From: Pseudomonadota bacterium
GTDB lineage: Bacteria > Pseudomonadota > Alphaproteobacteria > Rhodobacterales > Rhodobacteraceae
DNA: 64,000 nt
Assembly: GCA_041191745.1 (NCBI GenBank)
Contig: JBEEOG010000146.1
Location: 2,229-66,228 of the forward strand
Reading direction: 5' to 3'
Position numbers and translations under genes: made by a program. Shown here one piece after another: positions 1 through 8,683 of the stretch; position 1 is the stretch's first letter, and each line of letters opens with the position of its first letter. The notes beneath the pieces are model-generated. The model saw only the letters and a list, made by a program, of their open reading frames with translations, had not been told where the DNA came from and ran no database searches.

Positions 1-1
1 G

Positions 2-523
2 ACCTATTGCGCGCAGTGCCACGGCTCGGGTGCCGCAGGGGTCGAAGGCAAGGGCTATCCCAGCCTGCTGGACAATGACTGGCTGTGGGGCGGCGATATC
101 GAATCGATCCACACCACCGTCACCTACGGCATCCGCAACACGACCTATCCCGATGCCCGCTATTCCGAGATGCCGAAATTCGGCGCGGACGGGCTTCTGG
201 AAAAGCCGCAGATCGACGCCGTGGTGGAACATGTCCTTGCCCTGTCGGGGCAGGAACATGACGCCACGCTTGCCGCCGAAGGGGCGACCGTCTTTGCCGA
301 CAACTGCGCCGCCTGCCATGGCGATGCGGGGCAGGGCGACCGCACGCAGGGCGCGCCGACGCTGAACGACGCGATCTGGCTTTACGGTGGCAGCCGCGAG
401 AAGATCGCGGAAACCGTCACCTATGCCCGCTTCGGCGTGATGCCCGGCTGGGCAGGACGTCTGAGCGAGGACGAAATCCGCGCCGTGGCCGCCTATGTCC
501 ACTCGCGCGGGGGTGGCGAATGA
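2..523 (+). CDS. ccoP: cbb3-type cytochrome c oxidase subunit III (diheme), 5'-truncated by window edge
   Basis: Open frame from position 2 with two CxxCH motifs (YCAQCHG, NCAACHG) and WLWGG/WLYGG motifs; lies directly upstream of ccoG. Confidence 0.95.
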   Translation, partial: TYCAQCHGSGAAGVEGKGYPSLLDNDWLWGGDIESIHTTVTYGIRNTTYPDARYSEMPKFGADGLLEKPQIDAVVEHVLALSGQEHDATLAAEGATVFADNCAACHGDAGQGDRTQGAPTLNDAIWLYGGSREKIAETVTYARFGVMPGWAGRLSEDEIRAVAAYVHSRGGGE

Positions 524-562
524 CCGCCTGACGACGTTCCCGGCGGTCCGCCGCCGGGCACC

Positions 563-614
563 GCACCGGCGCCCCACCTGTTCGCGCGTTTCCTTGGGGC
601 GCCGGTGCATTTTT
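563..614 (+). terminator. Rho-independent terminator after ccoP
   Basis: 14-bp stem GCACCGGCGCCCCA (563-576)/TGGGGCGCCGGTGC (595-608) followed by ATTTTT. Confidence 0.7.
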
Positions 615-621
615 CCGAAGG

Positions 622-729
622 GGCCGCGTTTTCTGCGAAAACGCGGCCTTTCGATCCTTCTGCGAAGGATCGGTTCGGGAAAGATCCTTCGCAGAAGGAT
701 CGCAAGCGGCGGTTTTCGCAGAAAACCGC
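622..729. repeat. Cluster of four short perfect hairpins (REP-like), arranged A-B-B'-A'
   Basis: GGCCGCGTTTTC-TGC-GAAAACGCGGCC (622-648), CGATCCTTC-TGC-GAAGGATCG (652-672), GATCCTTC-GCA-GAAGGATC (683-701), GCGGTTTTC-GCA-GAAAACCGC (709-729). Confidence 0.8.
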
Positions 730-767
730 GCCCCCCGCTGCGACAAAGCTGCATCGACGATGCGGGT

Positions 768-781
768 TTGACCTGCATCAA
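768..781 (+). promoter_or_regulatory. FNR/FnrL/FixK box upstream of ccoG
   Basis: TTGAC-CTGC-ATCAA, one mismatch to TTGAT-N4-ATCAA, ~65 bp before the ccoG start. Confidence 0.85.
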
Positions 782-846
782 GGAAGCCGCGCCCCATGCG
801 GGGGATACGGGGGAAGCGATACAATGCCCGCCCGACGGAGAGACCT

Positions 847-2280
847 GTGACCAGCCCCGATACCGAACCGCAAAGCCTCTACGTCGCGCGGGAGCCGATC
901 TTTCCCCGCCGCGTGAAGGGCAGCTTCCGCACGCTGAAGTGGTGGATCATGGCGGTGACGCTGGGCATCTACTACATCACCCCGTGGCTGCGCTGGGACC
1001 GCGGCCCGAACCTGCCCGATCAGGCGGTTCTGGTGGACATGGCCAACCGCCGCTTCTTCTTCTTCATGATCGAGATCTGGCCGCACGAATTCTACTTCGT
1101 CGCGGGCCTTCTGATCATGGCGGGGCTGGGGCTCTTCCTCTTCACATCTGCCGCGGGGCGGGTCTGGTGCGGCTATGCCTGCCCGCAGACGGTGTGGACC
1201 GACCTCTTCATCCTTGTGGAACGCTGGGTAGAGGGCGACCGCAACGCGCGCATCCGCCTGCACCGGCAGAGATGGGATCTGGAAAAGCTCCGCAAGCGGC
1301 TGGCGAAATGGGCGATCTGGTTCCTGATCGGGCTGGCCACGGGGGGCGCGTGGATCTTCTACTTCACCGACGCGCCGACGCTGGCGGTGGACCTCGTCAC
1401 CGGCAATGCCCATCCCGTCGCCTATACGACGATGCTGATCCTGACCGCGACGACCTTTGCCTTTGGCGGCTTCGCGCGGGAACAGATGTGCATCTATGCC
1501 TGCCCCTGGCCGCGCATCCAGGCCGCGATGATGGACGAGGACACGATCACCATCGCCTACCGCGACTGGCGGGGCGAACCGCGCGGCAAGCAGGGGGCCA
1601 CGACGCCCGAAGGCCAGCCGCATGGCGACTGCATCGACTGCATGGCCTGCGTGAACGTCTGCCCGATGGGGATCGACATCCGCAACGGCCAGCAACTGGC
1701 CTGCATCACCTGCGGCCTGTGCATCGACGCCTGCAACGACATGATGGACAAGATCGGCAAGCCGCGCGACCTGATCGGCTACCTCGCCCTGACCGATGAA
1801 ACCCGCGAACGCGCAGGCCAGCCGCCGAAATCGGTCTGGAGCCATGTCTTCCGCATCCGCACGATGGTCTATACCGTGCTCTGGGCGGCGGTGGGGATCG
1901 GGCTGACCGTCGCGCTGTTCCTGCGCTCGCCCATCGACGTGAACGTGACGCCGGTCCGCAACCCGACCTTCGTCACCATGTCCGACGGGTCGATCCGCAA
2001 CATCTATGACATGCGCCTGCGTAACAAGACGGGCGATGACGTCACCTATATCGTCAGCCTGACCTCGGACGGACGCTTCACCCTCGCGCTCGAGGGCCAT
2101 GACGGCACCGCCGTCACCGTGCCCGCGAACGAGACGCTGCAACAGCGCGTCTATGTCGAAGCCGCGCCCGACAGCCCCGCCGCACGCGCCGACCGCACCG
2201 ACATCCGCCTTTGGGTGGCGACCGAGGACGGCAACGAACGCGTGCACCATGACACGGTCTTCAACGGAAAGGTCCAGTAA
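847..2280 (+). CDS. ccoG: cbb3 oxidase accessory protein CcoG/FixG (4Fe-4S membrane protein)
   Basis: GRVWCGYACPQT, CIYACPWPRIQ, CIDCMACVNVCPMGIDIR and CITCGLCIDAC motifs; GTG start after GGAGA RBS. Confidence 0.96.
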   Translation: MTSPDTEPQSLYVAREPIFPRRVKGSFRTLKWWIMAVTLGIYYITPWLRWDRGPNLPDQAVLVDMANRRFFFFMIEIWPHEFYFVAGLLIMAGLGLFLFTSAAGRVWCGYACPQTVWTDLFILVERWVEGDRNARIRLHRQRWDLEKLRKRLAKWAIWFLIGLATGGAWIFYFTDAPTLAVDLVTGNAHPVAYTTMLILTATTFAFGGFAREQMCIYACPWPRIQAAMMDEDTITIAYRDWRGEPRGKQGATTPEGQPHGDCIDCMACVNVCPMGIDIRNGQQLACITCGLCIDACNDMMDKIGKPRDLIGYLALTDETRERAGQPPKSVWSHVFRIRTMVYTVLWAAVGIGLTVALFLRSPIDVNVTPVRNPTFVTMSDGSIRNIYDMRLRNKTGDDVTYIVSLTSDGRFTLALEGHDGTAVTVPANETLQQRVYVEAAPDSPAARADRTDIRLWVATEDGNERVHHDTVFNGKVQ

Positions 2281-2281
2281 G

Positions 2282-2734
2282 ATGGGCGAGATCACGGGAC
2301 GCCATGTCCTTGCCGTCACCTCGGGTGCTTTCGGGGTGATCATCGCGGTGAACGTGCTGATGGCCTACAAGGCGGTCAGCACCTTTCCGGGGCTCGAGGT
2401 GCAGAACGGCTATATCGCCAGCCAGACCTTCGATGCCGAAAGACAGGCGCAAGAGGCGCTGGGCTGGGTGCTGGAACCCGCCTATCGCGCGGGGCACCTG
2501 TCGCTCGACTTCCGCGATGCGGCGGGCCTGCCCGCGCCGGTGACGGGGCTTTCGGTCCTTGTCGGGCGCACGACCGAATCGAAGGACGACCGGACCCCCG
2601 ATTTCCGGCGCGAGGGCGGGCAATTCGTCGCCGATGTCACCCTGCCGCGCGGCAAGTGGATGCTGAAGGTCGAAGCCACCGCGCCGGACGGGACGCTGTT
2701 CCGCCAGCGCATCGACCTGTTCGTGAGGGATTGA
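2282..2734 (+). CDS. ccoH: CcoH/FixH family protein
   Basis: ITGRHVL...FGVIIAVN...TFPGLEVQNGYIASQTF motif; between ccoG and ccoI. Confidence 0.93.
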   Translation: MGEITGRHVLAVTSGAFGVIIAVNVLMAYKAVSTFPGLEVQNGYIASQTFDAERQAQEALGWVLEPAYRAGHLSLDFRDAAGLPAPVTGLSVLVGRTTESKDDRTPDFRREGGQFVADVTLPRGKWMLKVEATAPDGTLFRQRIDLFVRD

Positions 2735-2736
2735 GG

Positions 2737-4941
2737 ATGGCACGGGCCGAGGCGATCGAACCCGATGCCGCGCATCCTTCGGCCTGTCCGGCCTGCGTCG
2801 CGGCACCGTCCGCCGAACGCATCGCCGCGCTGGCGGCGGAACGTCCCGCGCGGCTGATGCTGTCCTTGCCCACGGCGCATTGCGCGGCCTGCATCTCGAC
2901 CGTCGAAGGGGCCTTGGCAACCCTGCCGGGCGTGGAAAGCGCGCGCGTGAACCTGACGATGAAGCGCGTCAGCGTCGATGCCGCCGCCGACGTCACCGCC
3001 GACCGCCTGATCGAGGCGCTGAAGGGCGTGGGATACGAGGCGCACGAGCTTGACCCCGGCCTGCTGTCGGCGACCGAGACGGACCGTCAGGGGCGCGATC
3101 TTCTGATGCGTCTGGGCGTGGCGGGGTTCAGCATGATGAACGTCATGCTTCTCTCCGTCGCCGTCTGGTCGGGGGCCGAGGATGCGACGCGCGACCTCTT
3201 CCACTGGATTTCGGGCGCCATCGCGCTGCCCACGGTGCTGTTCGCGGGCCAGCCCTTCTTCAAATCCGCATGGGCGTCCCTGCGCGTCGGGCGGCTGGGG
3301 ATGGATGTGCCGATCAGCCTTGCCTTGATCCTCGCCTCCTCCATCAGCCTGTTCGAGACGTGGAAGGGCGGGCATCACGCCTATTTCGATGCCGCCGTGA
3401 TGCTGTCCTTCTTCCTGCTGGCGGGGCGGTACCTCGATCACCGCACCCGCGCCGTGGCACGCTCCGCGGCCGAGGAACTGGCCGCGCTGGAAGTGCCGCG
3501 CGCCACCGTCCTGCGCGACGGGACCGAGGCGGTGGTGTCGATCACCGAGGTCGCGGTGGGCGATCTTGTCCGCGTCCGCCCCGGCGGGCGGATGCCGGTC
3601 GATGGCGTGGTCACCGATGGCCAGTCCGAGGTGGACCGCAGCCTGCTGACGGGCGAAAGCCTGCCCGTCTTTGCCGGCCCCGGAACGGTCGTCAGCGCGG
3701 GCGAGGTGAACCTGACCGGCCCCCTGACCCTGCGCGTCACCGCGGCGGGCAAGGATTCCAGCCTGCACCGCATGGCCGATCTGGTGGCCGTGGCCGAAAA
3801 CGCGCGCACGAAATACAAATCCCTCGCCGAACGGGCGGCGGCGCTTTATTCGCCGCTGGTCCATATCGTCTCGTTCTCGGCCTTCGGGTTCTGGATGTGG
3901 CAGACGGGCGGCGACCTGCGCTATGCCGTCAACATCTCGGCCGCGGTGCTGATCATCACCTGCCCCTGCGCGCTGGGTCTGGCGGTTCCGGCCGTGGTGA
4001 CGGCGGCGAGCGGCAAGCTGTTCCGCAAGGGGCTGCTCATCAAGGACGGGACCGCGCTGGAACGTCTGGCCGAGGTCGATACGGTGGTCTTCGACAAGAC
4101 GGGCACCCTGACGATGGGCGCGCCCGAACCCATGAACCTGTCCGACCATCCCGACATGGCGGTCGAGGTGGCGGCGGCGCTGGCCTCGGCCTCGTCCCAC
4201 CCCCTGGCGCAGGCGCTGGCCGAAGCCGCCCGCCGCCGCGGCCTGCGCCCCGCACGGGTCGAAGACCTGCGCGAGGTGCCGGGCTACGGCGTCGAAGGGA
4301 TGTGGAAGGGCCGCCGCGTCCGCCTTGGCCGCGCGGAATGGTGCGGGGCGGAGCCCCTGCCCGTGACCGCGACCTATCTCTGCACGGGCGAGGGCAAGCC
4401 CCGCGCCTTCACCTTTGCCGACCGTCTGCGCCCGGGGGCCGAAGCGGCGGTCAACGCGCTGCGGTCGCAGGGCCAGCGGGTGATCCTGCTGTCGGGCGAT
4501 GCGGCGGGGGCGGTCAGCGATCTGGCCCTGCGTCTGGGCATCGACGACTGGACGGCGGGCGCGCTGCCCGCCGAAAAGGCCGCCCGCGTGTCGCGCCTGA
4601 TGCGCGAGGGGCGGCGCGTCCTGATGGTGGGGGACGGGCTGAACGATACGGCGGCGCTGGCGGCGGCGCATGTGTCGATCAGCCCCGCCAGCGCGCTCGA
4701 TGCCGCGCGGGTGGCGTCGGACATCGTGCTTTTGGGGCAGGACATGGCCCCCGTGGGCGATGCGGTGCGGATCGCGCGCCAGTCCTCGCGCCGGATCGTC
4801 GAGAATTTCGTGATCTCGGGCGGCTACAACGTGGTGGCGGTGCCGCTGGCGCTGATCGGGCTGGCGACCCCGCTTGCCGCGGCCTTGGCGATGTCGCTGT
4901 CGTCGGTTACCGTGTCCCTGAACGCGCTCAGGCTGAAATAG
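2737..4941 (+). CDS. ccoI: P1B-type copper-transporting ATPase CcoI/FixI
   Basis: N-terminal CPAC and HCAAC metal-binding motifs, TGES, CPC, DKTGT, GDGLND. Confidence 0.96.
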   Translation: MARAEAIEPDAAHPSACPACVAAPSAERIAALAAERPARLMLSLPTAHCAACISTVEGALATLPGVESARVNLTMKRVSVDAAADVTADRLIEALKGVGYEAHELDPGLLSATETDRQGRDLLMRLGVAGFSMMNVMLLSVAVWSGAEDATRDLFHWISGAIALPTVLFAGQPFFKSAWASLRVGRLGMDVPISLALILASSISLFETWKGGHHAYFDAAVMLSFFLLAGRYLDHRTRAVARSAAEELAALEVPRATVLRDGTEAVVSITEVAVGDLVRVRPGGRMPVDGVVTDGQSEVDRSLLTGESLPVFAGPGTVVSAGEVNLTGPLTLRVTAAGKDSSLHRMADLVAVAENARTKYKSLAERAAALYSPLVHIVSFSAFGFWMWQTGGDLRYAVNISAAVLIITCPCALGLAVPAVVTAASGKLFRKGLLIKDGTALERLAEVDTVVFDKTGTLTMGAPEPMNLSDHPDMAVEVAAALASASSHPLAQALAEAARRRGLRPARVEDLREVPGYGVEGMWKGRRVRLGRAEWCGAEPLPVTATYLCTGEGKPRAFTFADRLRPGAEAAVNALRSQGQRVILLSGDAAGAVSDLALRLGIDDWTAGALPAEKAARVSRLMREGRRVLMVGDGLNDTAALAAAHVSISPASALDAARVASDIVLLGQDMAPVGDAVRIARQSSRRIVENFVISGGYNVVAVPLALIGLATPLAAALAMSLSSVTVSLNALRLK

Positions 4942-4942
4942 G

Positions 4943-5101
4943 ATGGACATCCTCGCCTTCCTCATCCCCGTCTCGCTGCTTCTGGGCGGCATCGGCCTCG
5001 TCGCCTTTTTCTGGGCGATGAAGAACCGCCAGTTCGACGACCCGCAGGGCGACGCGAACCGCATCCTGACCAAGGATTGGGACGACAGGCCAAAGCCGTG
5101 A
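4943..5101 (+). CDS. ccoS: cbb3 oxidase maturation protein CcoS/FixS (52 aa, not in ORF track)
   Basis: Manual translation MDILAFLIPVSLLLGGIGLVAFFWAMKNRQFDDPQGDANRILTKDWDDRPKP has the FixS FFWA..QFDD..A.RIL motif. Confidence 0.93.
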   Translation: MDILAFLIPVSLLLGGIGLVAFFWAMKNRQFDDPQGDANRILTKDWDDRPKP

Positions 5102-5158
5102 CCGGCTTTTCCCCTTGCCCGGTTAACCCGCCGTTTACCGACAGCCCCCATCCTGCCG

Positions 5159-5482
5159 ATGGCCGCGCTTGACGCGTACACACATCGGTACATACATTGT
5201 ACGCAATTCGACTGGGATGACGGAAACAGGGCCAAGGTGCAGAAGCATGGCCTGTCCGTGGCGGAGATCGAAGGGTTCTTTCGCCGCGCCCCGCGTGTCG
5301 CACCCGACCCGCGTCATTCGCAGGCCGAGGCGCGGTTCATCGCGGTCGGGCGCACCGCGCAGGGCCGCCCTGCCTTTGTCGCCTTCTGCTGGCGTGGCGC
5401 GTGCATCCGCCCCATCAGCGCCCGTTACATGCATGCCCGCGAGGCCCGCCGATATGAAGAAAGTTCCCCCGATGACCACTGA
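5159..5482 (+). CDS. brnT: BrnT-family ribonuclease toxin (start uncertain; family-like sequence begins at 5201)
   Basis: FDWDDGNRAKVQKHG, E.RFIAVGR and IRPISARYMH motifs; overlaps downstream antitoxin. Confidence 0.85.
   Translation: MAALDAYTHRYIHCTQFDWDDGNRAKVQKHGLSVAEIEGFFRRAPRVAPDPRHSQAEARFIAVGRTAQGRPAFVAFCWRGACIRPISARYMHAREARRYEESSPDDH
5169..5198 (+). promoter_or_regulatory. Putative sigma70 promoter with direct-repeat operator of the TA operon
   Basis: TTGACG (5169-5174) and TACATT (5193-5198); repeats GTACACACAT (5176-5185) and GTACATACAT (5188-5197). Confidence 0.5.
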
Positions 5483-5696
5483 CGCCGAGGCCGAGGCGTT
5501 TCTGGACCAGGACCTGTCCGACCTCGATTTCAGCCAGTTCCGCCGCATCACATGGGAGGCAGAGCCCAAGACCGCGCGCGTCAACATGCGCCTGCCCGAA
5601 GCGCTGATGGTTGCCCTGAAGGCGCGGGCAGAAGCGCGCGGCATCCCCTACCAGCGCCTGATCCGCGAGGCGCTGGAGCGCGAACTGACCCGCTGA
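5454..5696 (+). CDS. CopG/BrnA-type ribbon-helix-helix antitoxin
   Basis: TDAEAEAFLDQDLSDLDFSQF and ARVNMRLPEALMVALKARAEARGIPYQRLIREAL; overlaps the toxin 3' end. Confidence 0.87.
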   Translation: MKKVPPMTTDAEAEAFLDQDLSDLDFSQFRRITWEAEPKTARVNMRLPEALMVALKARAEARGIPYQRLIREALERELTR

Positions 5697-5757
5697 TCCC
5701 CCTTATCGCGCCCAAGGACGCGCGCCCCTAACATCCCGCCGCGTGCTGCCGTCACGC

Positions 5758-5773
5758 TGGCACGCCCCTTGCA
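5758..5773 (+). promoter_or_regulatory. sigma54 promoter of flgG operon
   Basis: TGGCAC-GCCCC-TTGCA, perfect -24/-12 consensus. Confidence 0.9.
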
Positions 5774-5812
5774 GCCCGTGGCCCCAAGACGCCACCCGCA
5801 AGGAGCCCGCCC

Positions 5813-6601
5813 ATGTCCACCGATGCGATGCATGTCGCCAAGACCGGCCTGAACGCGCAGCAGACGCGGATGCAGGTGATCGCCAACAACCTTGCCAACG
5901 TGAACACCACGGGCTTCAAGCGCGACCGCGCGAATTTCGAGACGCTGCTTTACCAGAACATCCGCCCCGCCGGTGCCCAGACCTCCGAAGGCACGCAGCT
6001 GACCACGCCCCTGTCGGTCGGCACGGGGGTGCGGATCGTGAACACCGAAAAGCTCTACCAGCAAGGCAGCCTGAAGACGACCGACAACGCCTTTGACGTG
6101 GCGATCGACGGGCAGGGGTTCTTTCAGGTCCTGCTGCCCGATGGCCGCATCGGATATACCCGCGACGGGACGCTGTCGCGCAATGCCGAAGGCACGCTGA
6201 CCACGGCATCGGGCTATGTGATCCAGCCGGAAATCCAGATCCCCGACGGGGCGCTGAGCGTGGCGATCTCGACCGACGGGATCGTCAAGGTGACCATGCC
6301 CGGCGAGGTGGAAGCGCAGGAGGTCGGGCAACTGACCCTTGCCGCCTTCCCCAACCCGCGCGGGCTGGAACCGGTGGGCGAGAATTTCGTGGTGGAAAGC
6401 CCCGCCTCGGGCCCCGCCGTCATCGCCGCCCCCTACGAGGACGGGATGGGCAAGCTGGTGCAGGGCGCGCTCGAAGCGTCGAACGTGAACGTGGTGCAGG
6501 AACTGGTCGACATGATCGAGACGCAGCGCGCCTACGAGGTGAACTCCAAATCCATCAGCGCCTCGGACGAGATGATGCGCTTCCTGTCCAACAAGCTCTG
6601 A
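5813..6601 (+). CDS. flgG: Flagellar distal rod protein FlgG
   Basis: IANNLANVNTTGFK, YTRDG, LEASNVNVVQELVDMIETQRAYEVNSK; 262 aa. Confidence 0.97.
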   Translation: MSTDAMHVAKTGLNAQQTRMQVIANNLANVNTTGFKRDRANFETLLYQNIRPAGAQTSEGTQLTTPLSVGTGVRIVNTEKLYQQGSLKTTDNAFDVAIDGQGFFQVLLPDGRIGYTRDGTLSRNAEGTLTTASGYVIQPEIQIPDGALSVAISTDGIVKVTMPGEVEAQEVGQLTLAAFPNPRGLEPVGENFVVESPASGPAVIAAPYEDGMGKLVQGALEASNVNVVQELVDMIETQRAYEVNSKSISASDEMMRFLSNKL

Positions 6602-6609
6602 GCCCTGCC

Positions 6610-7296
6610 ATGACCCGCCCGACGCCCGCCTCCGCCCTTGCCCCCGCCCTTGCGCTTGTCCTGATCCTGCCGCTTGCCGCCTGCGCGACCTATGTGGAGG
6701 ATGTGGCCTCCGAAGCCTATGCCCCCCTCTATCCGGGCGAGGCGCTTCCCGAAGAGGCCGCGCTTCCGACGGGCGGGATCTATACCGCATCCTCGGCGGG
6801 CCTCTTCGCCTCGGACCGCCGCGCGGCGCGGATGGGCGATATCCTGACCGTGCAGTTCACCGAACGCTTCGCCGCCAGCAAATCGCAATCGGCCAGCGGG
6901 TCGCGGTCGTCGGAATATGACCTCGACATGCCCGATGCGCTGACCTTGGGGCTGGATGACGGGGTGCTGGAAAACGCCACCGACCAGTCCTTTGCCGGTC
7001 GCGGCGCGGCGCAGCAGTCCAACAGCCTGTCGGGCCGCCTGTCGGTGTCGGTCGTGCGCGTCCTGCCGGGCGGGCAGCTCGAGATCATGGGCCAGAAGCG
7101 GCTGACGCTGAACAACGGCAAGGAATATGTCCGCCTGCGCGGCGTCATCCGCCCCGAGGATATCAGCGCCGAGAATGTCGTGCTGTCCGACCGCATCGCC
7201 CATGCCGAGATCAGCTATACCGGCGCGGGCGACACCGCCGATACCGCGCGCCCCGGCTGGCTGCGGCGCGGGCTGGCGGTGGTGTCGCCGCTATGA
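6610..7296 (+). CDS. flgH: Flagellar L-ring lipoprotein FlgH
   Basis: Lipobox LAAC; [17 protein letters not shown]; G.IRPEDI..N.V.SDRIA.A.ISY.G. Confidence 0.96.
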   Translation: MTRPTPASALAPALALVLILPLAACATYVEDVASEAYAPLYPGEALPEEAALPTGGIYTASSAGLFASDRRAARMGDILTVQFTERFAASKSQSASGSRSSEYDLDMPDALTLGLDDGVLENATDQSFAGRGAAQQSNSLSGRLSVSVVRVLPGGQLEIMGQKRLTLNNGKEYVRLRGVIRPEDISAENVVLSDRIAHAEISYTGAGDTADTARPGWLRRGLAVVSPL

Positions 7297-8402
7297 TGCG
7301 CCTGATCCTCGCCCTCTGTCTGGCGCTGGCCGCGCTGCCCGCGCAGGCCGACCGCCTGAAGGACATCGCCTCGGTCGCCGGTGTGCGGTCGAATCCGCTG
7401 GTGGGGTATGGCGTCGTCGTGGGCCTTGCCGGCACGGGTGACGGCAATTCGGGTCTGACGCTGCAATCCCTGCAATCGCTGATCAGCCGTCTGGGTCTGG
7501 TGGTCGAGGCCGAGGATCTGAACGCCAGAAACGCCGCCGCCGTCATGGTGACGGCCGAGCTTGGCCCCTTTCTGAAAGAGGGGCAGATGATCGATGTGAC
7601 GGTGTCCACCGTCGGGGCGGCCAAGTCGCTGAAGGGCGGCACGCTGCTGATGACGCCGCTGATGGGGGCGGACGGGCAGGTCTATGCCATCGCGCAGGGC
7701 AATCTGGTGGTGGGCGGTCTGGGGGTCGAGGGCGAGGACGGATCGTCCCTGACCGTGAACATCCCCACCGTGGGCCGCATCCCGCGCGGCGGACAGGTCG
7801 AACAGATCGTCGAGGCGCCGTTTCAGGACAGCGACACGCTGGTGTTGAACCTGCACCGCCCCGACTTTTCCACCGCCGCCGCCACGGCCAAGGCGATCAA
7901 CGCCGTCTTCGGCCCCGATGTCGCCGTGCCGATCGACGGCACGTCCGTCCGCGTGCGCGCGCCCCACGATCCGGGCCAGCGCGTCAGCTTCATGGGCCTG
8001 CTCGAGAATGTCGAGGTGACGCCCGACGCCCCCGCCGCAAGGGTGGTGGTCAATTCGCGCACCGGCACGGTCGTCATCGGCGGGCAGGTGCGCGTGTCGC
8101 CCGCCGCCGTCACCCATGGCTCGCTGACCGTGGCGATCAGCGAAGACCCCGACGTCACGCAGGGCGCGACGGTGGTGAACGGCGACGGCACCGTCGTCGT
8201 GCCGGGCGATGCGACGGTGACCCCCGACAGCCGGATCACGGCCGAGGAATCGGGGGCCGCCTTCGTCTTCGATCCGGGCGTGTCGCTGACCTCCCTTGTC
8301 GATGCGATCAATGCCGTGGGGGCCTCGCCCTCGGACCTTGTCGCCATCCTCGAAGCGCTGCGCGAGGCGGGGGCGCTTCGGGCCGAACTGGTGGTGATCT
8401 GA
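7293..8402 (+). CDS. flgI: Flagellar P-ring protein FlgI
   Basis: Signal peptide; [30 protein letters not shown]; C-terminal AGALRAEL. Confidence 0.97.
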   Translation: MMRLILALCLALAALPAQADRLKDIASVAGVRSNPLVGYGVVVGLAGTGDGNSGLTLQSLQSLISRLGLVVEAEDLNARNAAAVMVTAELGPFLKEGQMIDVTVSTVGAAKSLKGGTLLMTPLMGADGQVYAIAQGNLVVGGLGVEGEDGSSLTVNIPTVGRIPRGGQVEQIVEAPFQDSDTLVLNLHRPDFSTAAATAKAINAVFGPDVAVPIDGTSVRVRAPHDPGQRVSFMGLLENVEVTPDAPAARVVVNSRTGTVVIGGQVRVSPAAVTHGSLTVAISEDPDVTQGATVVNGDGTVVVPGDATVTPDSRITAEESGAAFVFDPGVSLTSLVDAINAVGASPSDLVAILEALREAGALRAELVVI

Positions 8403-8683
8403 TGGAGATCCGCGCGACCCAAGGCATCCCCGCCGCCCCCCCGCAAGACGACCGCGCCGCGCTGCGCCGCGCGGCCGAGGGGTTCGAGGAGATGTTCCTG
8501 CTGCAATTCCTGAAAACCGCCCGCAGCGGGGAACTGGCCCCCGACCTGATGGGCGGCAGGGCGGTCGACCAGATGCGCGACCTGTTCGATGCCGAGGTGG
8601 CGCGGGCCAGCGCGGGGCGCACCGGCTTTGGCATCGCCGACGCGGTCGAGGCGCAGTTCGCAGGCTTCACGGGGCGGAGGTGA
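8402..8683 (+). CDS. flgJ: Single-domain rod-capping FlgJ (no muramidase domain)
   Basis: LRRAAEGFEEMFLLQFLKTAR rod-binding motif; 93 aa; between flgI and flgK. Confidence 0.88.
   Translation: MEIRATQGIPAAPPQDDRAALRRAAEGFEEMFLLQFLKTARSGELAPDLMGGRAVDQMRDLFDAEVARASAGRTGFGIADAVEAQFAGFTGRR

Noticed and set aside
8402-8683. Truncated flgJ pseudogene
   Set aside because: Single-domain FlgJ with a separate lytic transglycosylase is a known arrangement
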